Source of the DNA: Scenedesmus sp. PABB004
Lineage: Eukaryota
Length of the DNA stretch: 64,000 nucleotides
Reading direction: 5' to 3'
Assembly (NCBI GenBank): GCA_014905635.1
Contig: JABVCE010000013.1
Coordinates: forward strand, 558,001 to 622,000
Shown one piece after another: positions 38,524 through 51,486 of this stretch. The notes under the pieces were generated by a model, which was not told the origin of the DNA, ran no database searches, and was given only the letters and a program-made list of their open reading frames with translations. Both the position numbers and the translations under genes were made by a program. Every line of letters starts with the position of its first letter. Position 1 is the stretch's first letter.

Positions 38524-41500
38524 TCAGGGCACCGCCAGGCGCCGCGACGCGCCGTTGGCTGCGCTCGGCGTTCCGCCGGCCTCGGCAGCGCTGCCGTTGG
38601 CGGCCGCCGCCGGCGGCGGCGTGGGCGAGCTGCGGCGCCTGGCGAGCGCCGGCGCGGCGGGCCGTGCGGGCGGGGCCGCCTCGACCGCGTGCAGCATGCG
38701 CGCCTGCAGCGCCGAGCTCAGCGTGGCGGCGCGTGGCGGGGCCGCGGGCGCGGGCGCGGGCGCGGCCGCGTCCGCGGCCGCCACCGCGGCGGCGGCCGCC
38801 GTCTCGGTCGCGCCGCCGCCCTTGGCGCTGGGCCGGCTGAGGCTGCGCGTGAACATGACCGCGTTGGCCCACCGGCTGAGCTTCTTGCGCGCGCGGAACG
38901 GCGTCCACGCCTCGGGCGCGCTGTTGGCGACCTGCGCGCGGCGCAGCGGGGGCGGGCCAGGATGGGCCGGGCGCGGCTCGCCGCGCGCGCTGGCGCGGGG
39001 CGGCGGCGGCGGTCCCGGCCACCGCTCTCGCTTGCCTGCCAATGATAGTCTGCGGGAAGGTGGTCGTTCAGCCCAGCGATGAGGAAGGGCAGCCCCACGG
39101 CAGCGATGCGCATGCCAAACCGAAGGTAGTTGTCGGAGCCGCGCCAGCCGGGGCGGCGCCCGAGCTTGACCGCGGCGTGGTGCCAGAGCTTGACGAGCGA
39201 GCTCGTCCATATGCCCATGAGCACAAAGAGCGGCTGCTCCGTGAGCCACTTGACGGTGCCGGGCACCATCTGCAGGTACAGCAGGTCCCCTGGCGCCGGG
39301 CGCGCGCGCGCGCAAGCATACGGGGTGATTGACCTCGACCCTGACCTTGGGCGCCGCGCCCGCCCCCTGGCGCGAGGCGGGGCGCGGCGCGGCGCGGCGC
39401 GGCGGGGCGCACCGCCGTGCTGGTAGAGGTTGCACAGCGTCGGGGGGATGTGGGGCACGATGTCAAAGCTGCGGCGCGCGGGGGCGCGCGGGGCGCGGGC
39501 CACGCTGCTCGGTGCGCGGGGGGAGGGCCAGCGCGGCGCGACCGCGCGCGGCCCGCTCGGGCGGCCGGGGGGGGGGGGGGGTCAGTGCCCCCGGGTCAAC
39601 GCCCCCCGGGTCAACGCCCCCGGGTCAACGCCCCGCCTCACGTGTTTACGACCCGGATGTACCGGCTTGTGAGGGGCGGCCCCGCCGGCTCGTCGCCCGC
39701 GCCCGCGCCGCGCCCGCCCAGCAGCGCGCGCAGGCGGCCCGCGCCGGGCGCGGCGTCGCCGCCGCTCGCCGGCGACGCCGCGGCGGGCGCGGCGCCGGCG
39801 GCGGATGGCTCCAGCAGGCTGACCTGCGGCGGCGGCGGCGGCGCATGTGCGAGCGTGCGCGCGGGGGTGAGGGAGTTCGCCCTCTGCCCTCGGCGCCGGG
39901 GGCGGGCCGGCGGGCAGCACGCGCGCGCGCGTGGAGGTGTGCGGGACACGGCCGGGCCTCGCCTGGAGGTGCGACAGGAACTCGTAGTCCCCCACGCGCG
40001 GCTGGCCCCACGTGTAGAGCGCGCCCACGCGCGCGCGCGCAGTGGCGGCCTGCGGGCGCCGCCGGTCGTCCATGACGCGGGCGGCGGGCGGGGCCGCGAG
40101 TCGGCGGGCGGGGCCGCGAGTCGGCGGGCGGCCGTCTGGCAGGCGGGCGGGGGCAGCGGGCGCGGCGCGGCGCGCCTTTGGCCCCGCGTCGTGCATGAGC
40201 GCGCCCATGAAGACGACCGCGAGCGCGCCGCCCAGGCTGTGCCCCGTGACGTACAGCCGCGCGCCGGGGTGCGCCGCCATGTACTCGTCGACCTGGTCGC
40301 GCAGCACTGCGCAGCGCAGCGCGTGTGCGGCGGCGTCGGCGGCGGCGGCGGCGGCAGCGGTGCGGCCGGCGGCCGCGCGCGGCGTGGCCGCACGCGCCGC
40401 ACCCTCGTACGGCGTCGCGGGCCGGTCGGCGACGACCGCCGCGCCCGGCGCGGCGCCGAGGAGGCAGTTGTAGGTCGTCAGCGTGTGGCGGTAGGGGTTG
40501 AGGTTCGGGTCCAGCCCCAGGGCGAGCAGGAAGCCCGGGTGCAGGCAGCCCCACTCGCCTGCGCGCGCGCGCGGAGGCGGGCCGCGTCGGCGCCTTGTAC
40601 AAGCCCCCGCCGCGCCGCGCCGCGCCGCGCCGGGCGCGGAGCACGGCAAGTGATCACGGTCCCCAAACGGGGTGAGCAGACGCACCTGCTTCGGGCACGG
40701 CGTCAAAGTCGGACTGGAAGTCTGCGAGCTCGAGCGGCTCCGTGCCCCGGAACGCGAGCACGAGCGCGACGCCCGCGCCCGCCGCGCCCGCGCCGGCCGC
40801 GGCCTCGCTGCTCGGCTGCCCCGGGTCCTCGACCGCGATCAGGCACGCGTCGCTGTCGACGTGCACGTGCGACAGCTCCGCGTTGCTGCCGGCGCCTGCG
40901 CCGCGGCACGGCGCGGCGCGGCGTGTCTGGCCGCCGAGGGCGGCGGCGGCAGAGGGGGAGCGCTGCGGCGCCGGTCGTGCGGCGCGCGCCGTGCGCCGCC
41001 GCCGCACCCGCGGGGCGCATGAACTTGAACGAGCACCCCGCCACGAAGCGCGGCGCGAGAAAGGCGCGGCGCGCGGCGCCCGGCGGCGCGTCGGCGGGCG
41101 GCGCGAGGCGCCACTCGTGGTTGACCACGTCGCGCACGACCGACCAGTCCTCGTAGCTGCGGGCGGCCGGCCGGCCGGGCGGCCGGGTGGCACGCGCGCC
41201 GGGGCGGTGAGGCGGGGGGCCGGCTGGGCTCGCGCGCTCACTCACACGCCCACAGGCTCACAGTGGGGCTTGCGCCACTTAGAACCCATTTAGAACCCAC
41301 TTGGAAACCACTTGGAAACCGCCTAGAACCACACCGCCGCGCTCACCTCAGCTTCATGCACAGCGCGAGGAAGTTGGCGTTGCCCCAGCCCGCCGCGGCG
41401 CGCGAGGGGAACGCAAGCTCGCGCTCGGCCTCGCTGCGCGGCACGCACAGCAGGCGCTTGTCTGCGCCGCGGCGGCGGCGCGCGGGGTGGCGCGGCTGGG

Positions 41501-42225
41501 TTGGCGCGGAGCAGCCGGCATCCCCCGGGTGGTGGCGGGCCGCCGCCGCCGCTGTGCCCCGCGCGCGCCCCGCCCCGCGCGCGTGCCCCGCGCGCCTGGT
41601 ATGCGCCCCGCCGCTGTGCCCCCCCCCCCCCCGCGCTGTGCCCCCCGCCGCCGCTGCGCCCCGCGCGCGCGCGCCGCGTGCCTGGTATGGTGAAGTTGGG
41701 GTCCAGCGCCCCCGCCACGCTGTACAGGGAGCTTTCGCCGGTGGGGCGGCCGTCGGCGTCGCGCAGCTGCGCGCGCTTGCCGCCGAGCATGATGCAGAGC
41801 GCCCACTCGGCCGCGCGGTCGGCGGTCTCCAGCATCCAGGCGGGCAGGCACGAGAGCGCCGCGAGCGCGAGCAGGAGGGGCGTGAGGGGCAGGAACTCGG
41901 CGAGGCGGTAGCTGGTGAGGAACGCCATCGCAAAGTGGAGCAGGGCCTTGAGGTCCTGCTTGCGCGCGGGCAGCGAGCGCGGGGCAGCGAGCGCGGGCAG
42001 CGATCAGAGCAGGGGCCGCAGCCGCGGCGGCGGCCCACGCGTGTGCAGCCACCTCTGCCGCCGCCGGCGCCACCGCCCGCGCCTCCAGCGCCCGGGCGGG
42101 CCGGCCCGCGCGCGCAGCAGCGCCGCCGGTCGGTGACGCCGCCGCCGAGGCGCGGCGAGGCGAACCTGGATGCGGTGTGTGATGCGCTTGCCCAGCCGCG
42201 CTCGGAGGTGGTGGCCTGAGCCCAT
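38524..42225 (-). CDS. Class 3 (Lipase_3) triacylglycerol lipase, OBL-like; spliced; start tentative
   Basis: LAFRGTEP, HPGFLLALGL, LYVTGHSLGGALA, YTWGQPRVGD, FDIVPHIPP, NDHLP, giving a Ser-Asp-His triad. Confidence 0.92.
41275..41333. repeat. AT-richer ~11-nt tandem repeat in a lipase intron
   Basis: CCACTTAGAAC CCATTTAGAAC CCACTTGGAAA CCACTTGGAAA CCGCCTAGAAC. Confidence 0.7.
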
Positions 42226-42636
42226 CTTGCCCGCGGTGGGTGCGTGCACCAGGCGCGGGCGCTGGCGCCGCGTCCAGGCCGCGTCGGGGGCGCGCCGAGC
42301 CGCTCCCACACGCCTCAGGCTGGATGCAGCAGCTGGGCGCGATCGGCGGGCAGCTGCGAGCTGGACAAGTGCACAAGTGACGGCGCGCCAGTTGAGTGTG
42401 TTCAGCGGCGCCGCGGTGGTTGCTGAGACGCCCAGCGACAGGCGAGTGTCAGGGGCGCTGTTGAGCTGGGTCGCAGCGGTTGGAACCCCGGCGCCGACGG
42501 TTGACGCTCGCGGCGGAGCCGAGCCCGCCGCCAAAACCCCGCTGCTCCCGTCGCGGCCAGGGGAATTCAGCTCGCTCAGCTGCAACTCACTTGCAACAAC
42601 AGCACGCCGCACGGCCACCCCTCACCCACAAGAGAA

Positions 42637-42775
42637 CTACAGGTCACCGTAGTCGAGCAGCGCGCGGCCGGGGGCGGCGCCGGGCGGCGCGGCGGCCGCA
42701 CCGAGCAGGTGGTGCACGGCGGCGGCCTGCAGATGGTGGTGCGCGACAGCATACGTCGCAGGCCCAGCGCCGCCT

Positions 42776-42814
<39 letters not shown>

Positions 42815-44565
42815 CGCTTCCAGCCCGGCAGCGCGCCGCGCGCCCAGGCGGCGCGGATGGGCCCGCTGCCGGGCAGCACAAAGCCGGGATCGCCCGCGCG
42901 CACCAGCTCAAGCGCCTGCTCCGCGTCGGCGGCTGCGCCAAACTCTACAAAGCCGTACGACTGCCCCGGCTGGACCCGCGCGCCCGTGACGCGCCAGCCG
43001 TACGCCTCAAACAGGCCGCGCAGGTCGGCGCTGGTGAAGCCGGCCGGCGGCAGGTCGCCCAGGAAGAGCGTGTGCGGCGACTGCTGCGGCTGCTGCTGCT
43101 GCGGCGCGCCGCCGCCCGGGCCCCACGCGCGCGCGCGCCGCGCGCGGGGCTGCTGCTGGCGCTGCGCCCGCGCCGGCGGCCTTGGCTGTCGCCGGGGCTC
43201 GCGCTGCGACGCGGGCCGGGGCTGGCGCGGCCGCTGGCGCCGCCAGGGCCATAGTCGGGGCTCGCCCGCCGCCGCGCGCCGCGCCAGGCGGGCGAGCGGC
43301 TGCGGCTGTAGCTGCGGCTGTGCCGCCGCCGGCTGCGGCTGTGCCGCTGTCGACTGCGGCTGCGGCTGCGGCTCCGGCTGCGGCTGCGGCTGCGGCTGCG
43401 GCTGCGGCTGCGGCTGCGGCTCCCGCTCGCGCTACGCCTGCGCAACGCAGCAGCGGCGGAGCCGCGGCGCAGCTCAGAGGGCGCCGTGGCTGGCTGCCGC
43501 TGGCCGTGCGCGCCGTCGGCGCCGCTGTCGCCGCCGCGGCGCGACGAGCGCCGCTCGGGCGGCTCGGGCGTGCCCAGTGGTGGCGGCGGTGGCGGCGGCG
43601 GCGGCGGCGTGCCGGCGGCCGCCTCTCCGCACGTGCCGCCGCCGCCCCCGCCGCGGGCGCCGCTGGGCGCCGGCGAGGCGGGCCGACTCACATCAAACTC
43701 CGGGCTGCTGACTGCGTCATAGTCTGGCTCATCAAAGTCGGGGCTGCTGACCGCGCCATAGTCAACCTCGCCAGCCGCCGGCGGGCTGCGGGCGGGCGCC
43801 GGGCGGGGCGCGCGAGGGCCGTGGGCGGCGGCGCGGGAGGGCGGTGGGCGGCGGCGCGGCGGGCGCCGGGGCGGGGCGCGCCGGCGGCGGCGCGCGCACC
43901 CGCCCGCGTCGGCCATGGCCACGTCGCGCCCCGGCGTGGGCGCGCCGGGGACGGGGAGCTTGGGGAAGGGCTTGCCCTCGCGCCCGCCGGCCGCGGCGGG
44001 CGCCGCCGGCGCGGGCTGCTGCGCCGCTGGCGCGGCGTGCCCCAGCGGCGGCGGGTCCTCTGCCAGCGCCGCGAGCTGCGCCTCGCGCTCCTTCTTGCGC
44101 TTCAGCAGCAGCGCCGCGAGCTCCGCGCGCGAGACGGTCGCCTGCACCTGCTCAGCGCTGCTGCCGCCGCCGGGCGTCGGTGGCTGTCGCGTCGGTGGCG
44201 ACGTCGGCGGCGGCGAGCTGGGCGTGCCGGCGGCCTGGCCCTGCTTGGACGCCTTGAGCTTGATGCGCGCCGGCTTGGGGGCGCCCGCGCCGGCGGCCGG
44301 CGGCCGCTGCGCGGCAGGCAGCGGCGGCGGCGCTGCTGCCGGCGCCGCCGCGGGCTGCTGGGGCTTGCGCCGGCCCTCCTGCGGCGCCGGGAGGCACCGG
44401 GCGGCGGCGGGGGCGGTGTCAAGGGCGCTGCCTGGGAGCGGTGCCGCCGGGCAGGCGCCGGTTGCGGCCGAGCCGCCCGGCGCAGCGCCGCACCTTGAGG
44501 TCGGCGAGGTACGCAAATTGGTCAAGCAGCCGCTCCTCGGACTCGGTCAGCTGCTCGCCCGGCAT
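42637..44565 (-). CDS. RS-rich RRM RNA-binding protein; apparent 1-nt frameshift near 43118-43149
   Basis: MPGEQLTESEERLLDQF; long (RS)n tract; RNP2 TLFLGDLP and RNP1 SYGFVEF; ends LLDYGDL*. Confidence 0.8.
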
Positions 44566-44949
44566 GCGCCTGCTGCTGCGGCGGCAGCGAGCAGCGGGCA
44601 CTATGACGACGGCGCCCGGGCAGCGAGCAGCGGCGGCGAGCAGCGGCGGCGGCAGGCCGGCGGCGGCAGCCAACAGCGGGGCGTGCGTCCTCCCCACCGG
44701 GAGCGGCGGCTGTGGGGGGCGCGGCAAAAGAGCGGCCGCAGCGGCATGCCGGGGCGCAGCAGCAGAAGCGCCGCCGTTTGACGCCAGCGTGCGCGAGCGG
44801 GCTGCAGCGCACCGGGGGGCCCGTGCCCCGGCCCGCTCCATCTCCAGCCCCGGAGTCTTCCGCGAAGCCGGCGGCCCATCAACCCGCGCGCCCGCAGCGC
44901 CGCGCCGCCGCCGGTCCACGCCGCCCGCTCCGCTGAACGCGGCGCCAGC

Positions 44950-47900
44950 ATGCCGGAGCAGTACCTGCCCGCCGCCGACGTGCAGCGGCGCTACGGCCGC
45001 TGGCGCCCGCCCGACGAGGACAAGGCGGCGTGAGCGCGCCGTCCGGGCGGGCGCACCAGCAGCGGCGGCTGGCCGCGCACGTCGCCGAGCGCCCACTGGC
45101 GCCCGCCGCCGCGCGCGCGCAGGCTGGCGCACCGCGCGGAGCACGCGCACCACAGCTTCTTCGACGTCTGGTCGAGCCGCGCGCGCGAGTTCAAGGAGTT
45201 TGGTGCGCCGGCGCGCCGCACGCGGGCCGCCGCGTCGCGCGCAGCGCTGCGAGCGCGCCCGCGCGCGCCCGTCCGCCCGTCCGCCGTCCGTCCGGGCAGG
45301 CGTGGGGCACATGATGTACTTCCACTTCCTCGCCTGGATGGCGTGGCTCTTTGGCCTGCTCGCGCTGCTCGCGGGCGCGCCAAACATGGCGCTCTGCTTC
45401 TTCGGCCGGTGCGCGGCCGCGGCGGCGCCCGGCCGGCGGCGCGCCCGGCCAGGAGCCCGGTCCCGCCCTGCCAGCAACGCGCGCGCGCACACGCGCGCGG
45501 CTGTGCCAGGTACTACGACTCGGGCCTCGTCGAGCTGACGAGCCTCGGCAACTTTGGGCGCGTCGGCGTCGCGCACAGCAACGACGGCGCGGGGGTCATG
45601 GCCGCCGCGCTCAACGCCACGCTCGACGGTGACCGCGCAGCAGCGCCCCGCCGCCAGCGGGCGCGCCCGCGCCCCGCGCCCACCGGGCGCCGCGCCCCAC
45701 AGGCTGGGAGCGCGAGGCGGCCGTCTCGGCGGCCTTCCTCGCCGACGCGGGCGCGGCGCCCGCGACGGCGCCGTTCAACAAGGCCGCCGCGGTGACCGCG
45801 ATGTCGGCGATCGACTGCGTCGCCGCGCTGGCCTACTTTGCCGCGACGCTCGCGCTCGGCGCGCGCGCGCGCACGCTCGCGCGGCAGGCCGACGTGCACA
45901 CCGTGACCGCGCACGACTACTCGGTCCGGGTGTCGCGCCTCCCGCGCGACGCGGGCGCGGTGGAGCTGGCAGAGTTCTGCGGGCAGTACGGCGAGGCACG
46001 GCGCGCGGCGGCAGCGCGGGGGCGGGGCAGCTGTAGGGAGGGGCGGGCCGGCCGTGGCCTGCGGCGGGCCCCGCCGACGCCAGCGGCGCTCCACGCACCC
46101 CGCCGCCCCGGCAGGTGGTTCGCGTTGAGGTCGTGCGCGCGTACGGGCGGCTCGTGCGCCTCGTGCTGCGCCGCGGCAAGCTGCTGCGCCGCCTGCAGGC
46201 GGCGACCACGGGTGCGCCGGCGCTGCGGCGCGCGGCCGGTCGCGCGCGCGAGCGCCGCCGCTCAGCCCCGCGCGCGCCCTCCGCGCTGCGCTGCAGCGCT
46301 GCAGAAGGAGGCGCAGACGTGGGAGGTCGTGCCGGCGAGCCGCGAGGCGGCGTGCTACACAATCAAGGCCCAGATCGAGCAGCTCAGTGCTGAGATTCAG
46401 GCGAGCCGCCGCAGGGTTCAACGGCACCGCTATGCCGCCGCCGCCGCCGCCGGGCACCATGCCGAGCGCAAGCAATTGTGCTTGCGCGCGCGCAGGCGGA
46501 GCAGGCCCTCGCGGACAGCCACCGCGTGGTCGGCGCGTTTGTCACGTTCCGGCACGAGGCGGGGAAGCTCGCATGCCTCCAGGCGCAGCCGCACAGCCGC
46601 ATGCGGCAGTGGCTCACGCTCAAGCCGCAGCACAAGCTGCGCGGCCGGTGCGCGCCCGCGCGCCGGCTCTGCGCGTGCTGCGCGTGCCGGCCACGCCGCG
46701 CCGCCGCCATGCCTCACCCCCCTCGCCCGCGCACTGGTGCAGGCACGCGCTTGACATCAGCGACGCGCCGGAGCCGTCGGACGTGCAGTTTGAGAACATG
46801 GAGCACGGCGCCTGCAGCCGCGCCGCGCGCGCGGGCCTCGGCGCGTGCGCCGCGTACTCGTGCCTCGCCGCCGGCTTTGCCGCGATCAGCCTGGCCAGCG
46901 CGACGCGCTTCAACTTTGGCAAGGCCGCCGGCGTGAGCGCGGCGCAGTGCGCCGCGAGCTGCCGGCTCACGGTCGGCGGCGCGCTCGGGCTGGACCCGGC
47001 CGACCGCGAGCGCTACGCGGCCTGCGCCGCGGCGGGGCCGGGCCTCTTCTCGCTCGTCACCGGCGGCGGCGGCGCTGCCAGCGGCGGCGCCGACCCCGCC
47101 GCGGGCTGCGGGGCGGGCGAGGACGCCTGCTATCGCTGCTACTGCCTCAAAGCCATCACCGCGGGCATGCTGGAGTGAGCCAGCCACTGCAGCCGCTGGG
47201 CCCGCGCCGCCGACGCGCTCGCCCGTACGCGCGCGCAGCCCCACCCCCGCGCCCGCCGCCGCTCACCGCCGCCGCGCAGGGAGACGCTCTTCTGCCGGGG
47301 GTCGGCCAACCTGCTGCTGCTGGAGTGGGGCAGCCAGGCGGCGGTTGTGCTCGTCATCCTGGCCATCAACAGCCTGCTCAGCGTGACGTCGCGCCTGCTC
47401 AGCCAGTTTGAGAAGCACCACACGCGCAGCGCCGAGGCGCGCTCGCTCGCGCACAAGCTCTTCCTCGCCCAGGCGCGGCGGTGGCGGCGCGCGGCGCGGC
47501 GCGGCGGCGGCGCTGCCCCCGCGGCAGCCCCTTGACGCCGCCGTCACCTGGCTGAACACCGCCGCCGCCCGCGGCCGCCCCGCCCCTGCCGCCGCCGCCG
47601 GCAGTTCCTGAACAGCGCGCTGTCGACGATCATCGCCAACGCGCACCTGCCCTTCCTGTCGGGCGCGCTCGACGGCACTGCGCTGGGCGGGCTCTTCTTT
47701 CAGGGCAACTTTCCAGACCTCACGCCCAGCTGGCGCGGCGGGCGCGCGGGCCCCGGGCCGCCCGCCAGCCGGGCGGCGCTCGCTGGGCCAGCCAGGGCGG
47801 GGGCCGACCGTCCGCGGCGGCGCGGCGCGCTGCGGGGCGCGGCGCGCGCAGGTACAAGGCGGTCGGGCGCTCGCTGATCATCTCGCAGTTCGTCGCGGCG

Positions 47901-49734
47901 CTGCTGCGCGGCGTCACGCTGGCCACGCGGCTCGCGCGGCGCCGCTACCGCATGTGGCGCCGCGGGCGCTGCCTCACGCAGCACCAGCTGCAGAAGGCGA
48001 TGCGCGGCCCGCGCTTCGAGCTGGACCAGCGCTACGGTGCGGCCGCCGCCGCGCGCCAGCCTGCTGGCGTCGCCGCAGCGCTCGCAGCGCGCCGACGCGC
48101 GGCGCGCCGACGCGCAGAGCGCCCCGCCGCGCCCCCGCCGCCCCGCCGCCCCCCCCCCCCCCCCGCCGCCGCCAGGCGAGCACCTGAACGTCATCTACGT
48201 CTGCCTCCTGCTCTCGGGCGGCCTGCCGGCCGCGTACGGCGCGGCGGCGCTGTGGTTTGCCGCAGCCTACTGGTGCGGCCGGGGGCGGCCGAGGCTGGGG
48301 GCCGAGGGTTGCGGCCGCCGAGGGCTGGCCCCGCGCCGCACCGGCCCGCGCCGAGCCCGTCGTCGCCGCTGCGGGCGCGCTGCCCCCCGGCGCCCTCACC
48401 GGCCGCGCAGGTGTGACAAGTACGAGCTGCTCACGCTCAGCCGCCGCCCGACCGCGTACGGCGCCGACCTGTCCAACATGGTCATGGGCATGCTGCCCTT
48501 TGCAGCGGCGCGTGGCGGGTCGAGCTCGGCGGGCTGCTCGCGCGGAGGGCGCTGGGCTGCGGCGCGCGCGCGCCCACGTGCCACCGCCGCCGCCGCGCGC
48601 GCGTGCGCAGGTGTGGCACGTGATCTTTGCGCTGTGGGCGTTCAGCCTCTTCGGCCTGCCGCGCAGCGGCCTCATCACGCAGGGCTTTGCAGGGCTGATG
48701 CTCCGTGTCTGCGCCGCGGCGCGCCGCGTGTGGGCGAGCACCGCGGGCATGGCGCCCGAGGCCGCGGCCGCGCGGCTGCTGTCCGCGAGCGCGGCGCACC
48801 TGCTCGTTGCGCTCGTGGTGCTGGTGGGCGTGCTGCTCATACAGGTCTCGACCACCACCTGGATGAGGGTGCGCGGCCACGACGCGCCGCAGCGCGGCGC
48901 CGGCACGGCGCCGGCGGGGCTGGCGCAGCACGCCGGCACGCGCGCGCGCCCACGCGCGCCGCATCCGCCCGCCGCCGGCGCCGCGCCGTGCAGGCGGGCC
49001 GCGCGCTGCTGTCGGCGGTCGGCGTCATCGCGGACAGCGAGGGCGGCGAGGCGTCGGGCGTGCCCGAGTTTGGCGTCGCCGTGCGCACGCAGCTGCTGGT
49101 CGGCGAGAGCAGCTACGCGATCCAGGACCAGCCCAGCTACGCCGCCGCGTTTGCCCGCGACGACGGCGTGGTCGGCGACGTGCTGGTGCAGGTGGTGATG
49201 CGCACCGGCGCGGAGAAGCTGACGGGCAGCCGCGCAAAGCCGCCGGCGACGCCGCCGCCGCAGCAGGCGGCCAGCCCGCGCGCGCCGTCGGAGCTCGCAG
49301 CGGGCGGGCCGGCCTGCCCGCCGTCCGGCTCGCTGGCGGCCTCCGCGGCGGCCGCCCTCGCGCGCGACGCCGGCCCGCAGCAGGCGGCGCGCGAGGCGGG
49401 CGAGCCGCGGCAGCGGCGCAGCAGGGCCAGCGCCAGCACCGCGAGCGAGGGCTGGGCACCAGGGGCGGGGGAGCGAGCCGACGAACCGGGCGGCAGCGTG
49501 GCCGCCGGCGACGTGCCGCCTGGCCCGGAGCCGCCGCCAGCGTGGGAGCAACCGCAGCCGCAGCCGCAGCCGCAGCCGCAGCGCGCGGGGCTGTCGGCCC
49601 AGTATCGCGCGGCGCGGGCCAACCAGGTGCTGCCGCTGCCGCCGGAGTACCTGGCGGCTGCGCGCGCCGGCGGCGCGGCGGCGCCGCCAGCAGCGGACGA
49701 CTGCGGCGGGCGAGAGGACGGCGGTTGGTCGTGA
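44950..49734 (+). CDS. TMC/CSC1-OSCA-like multi-pass membrane channel; spliced
   Basis: GVGHMMYFHFLAWM, TAHDYSVRVSRLP, GAFVTF, APEPSDVQFEN, KLFLAQFLN, DLTPSWYKAVG, GPRFELDQRY, YWCDKYELL. Confidence 0.85.
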
Positions 49735-49962
49735 CGCCCGCGAGCAGTTGGCGTGACGATCGAGGGTTCAGCTTGTGTCAGTTCAGCTTGAAAAGGCTGT
49801 GCCTGAGCTTACTGCGACCGCCTTGTGTCCCCAGGCAGCTCAATCTGCTGCGCGCGCTGCCCCGCAGACAGCGGCAGCGTCGACCGCTGACGCTGCAGAC
49901 ACGCCGCCGCCGCACACGCGCTGCCGCGCACCGTTCGCCGGCCGTTCGCCGCCAGAGGCTCC

Positions 49963-51268
49963 ATGTCGCTGGCCTCGAGCTCTCCCGCGCCGCTGCGCTC
50001 GGCCCGCGCGGCGCTGCTCGTGACGGCGCACCCGGACGACGAGGCGATGTTTTTCGCGCCCTGCCTCCACGCCCTGGTGCGGCAGGGCACGGACGTGCGG
50101 CTGCTGTGCCTCTCCAACGGTGCGGTCGCTGGGAGCCCCGTCCTGCAAGCAGCAACCTCGCGGCCTGGCCGCGGCGCCCCGCCAACCGACGGCGCCGGCG
50201 CTGCTGCCACCGCACGCGCGCGCGCAGGCAACGGCGCGGGCCTGGGCGCGGTGCGGGAGAAGGAGCTGGTGGCGGCGGCCCGCGTGCTGGGGGTCCCGGC
50301 CAGCCGCGTGGCCGTGCTCGACCACCCGCAGCTGCAGGCGCGCGCGCGGTCTCGGGCCAGGCTGGCGCAGCGCGGCGGCACGGCGGCGGCGGCTGAGCCC
50401 CGCGCCGGCCCGGCCCGCAGGACGGCATGACGATCGCCTGGCCGCCCGAGGCGGTGGCGGCGGCGGTGGAGGCCCACCTGCGGCGCCACCCGAGCGACAC
50501 GGTGCGCGCCTGGCGCACGGCGGACCGGCGGACCGGGCTGCGCCGCCCCGCCCGACGCGGCCGACCCAGGGGCGCCGCGTGGGCGCAGGTGCTGACGTTT
50601 GACGCGCACGGCGTGTCGGGGCACATAAACCACCGCGGCGTGCACGCGGGCGTCGCAGCGCTGCTCGCGACCAGGGGCACCGCGCTGGGCGTGTGCGCCG
50701 CGTGGCAGCTGGTGCGGCGCCGCCGCGCCTGCGCGCGCACGCGCCTGCGTGAGCCCAGCGCGCCGCGCCGGGATGACCCCAGCGCGCCGCGCCGGGATGA
50801 CCCCAGCGCGCCGCGCCTGCCTGCCGCAGGTGAGCGAGTGCCTGGCGGTCAAGTTCAGCTGCGCCGCCGCGGTGCCGCTGGCCGCGGCGCTCGCGCGGCG
50901 CGCGCCCGGCCACGCGCTCGTGCGGGGCGGCGACGTCGCGGCCAGCGTGCGCGCCATGGCCGCGCACGGCAGCCAGTGGGTGTGGTGAGCGCCGCGCCGT
51001 GCCGCGCCGCGCCGTGTGTGCCGCGTGCCGCGCGGCGCCCCCGCGCGCGCTCGCTGCCGAGCGTTGCGGCCGCGGCGTGGGCCGCGGCGTGAACCGCGGC
51101 GTGGACCGCGGCGTGAACCGCGGCGTGGACCGCGGCGTGAACCGCGGCGTGAACCGCGGCGTGCACCGCGGCGTGTACCGCGCCGCCCCGGCCAGGTACC
51201 GCAAGCTGTTTGTGCTGCTCTCCAGCTACACCTACGTCAACCGCGTCGCGCCGCTCGAGGTCGGCTGA
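49963..51268 (+). CDS. PIGL: N-acetylglucosaminyl-phosphatidylinositol de-N-acetylase; spliced
   Basis: LLVTAHPDDEAMFFAP, LCLSNGN, REKEL, LTFDAHGVSGHINH, AMAAHGSQWVWYRKLFVLLSSYTYVN. Confidence 0.95.
51071..51182. repeat. 12-nt tandem repeat (CGCGGCGTGRAC) x ~9 in the last PIG-L intron
   Basis: Directly visible. Confidence 0.85.
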
Positions 51269-51486
51269 GGCGGCGGCCGCGCCGCTCACGAACCGGCTCA
51301 TCGGCCTCCCGGCGCGGCGGCGCTGCGCGGTGCGGCGCAGCGCAGCGGCTCCCCCCTCCTCCCTCCCGGTGCGGGCGGCGCGAGGTGTGCGGCCCGCGGC
51401 TGTTGCCGGGCGCGGGTCCGCGGCGCAACTTGTCACCCTCCGATACGCGCCCCGCCTGCTGCTGCCCGCACCACAGGCTGCATCGC

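Noticed and set aside
41275..41333. Telomere-like repeat
   Set aside because: The ~11-nt degenerate unit does not match TTTAGGG or TTTTAGGG; it is an ordinary intronic minisatellite.
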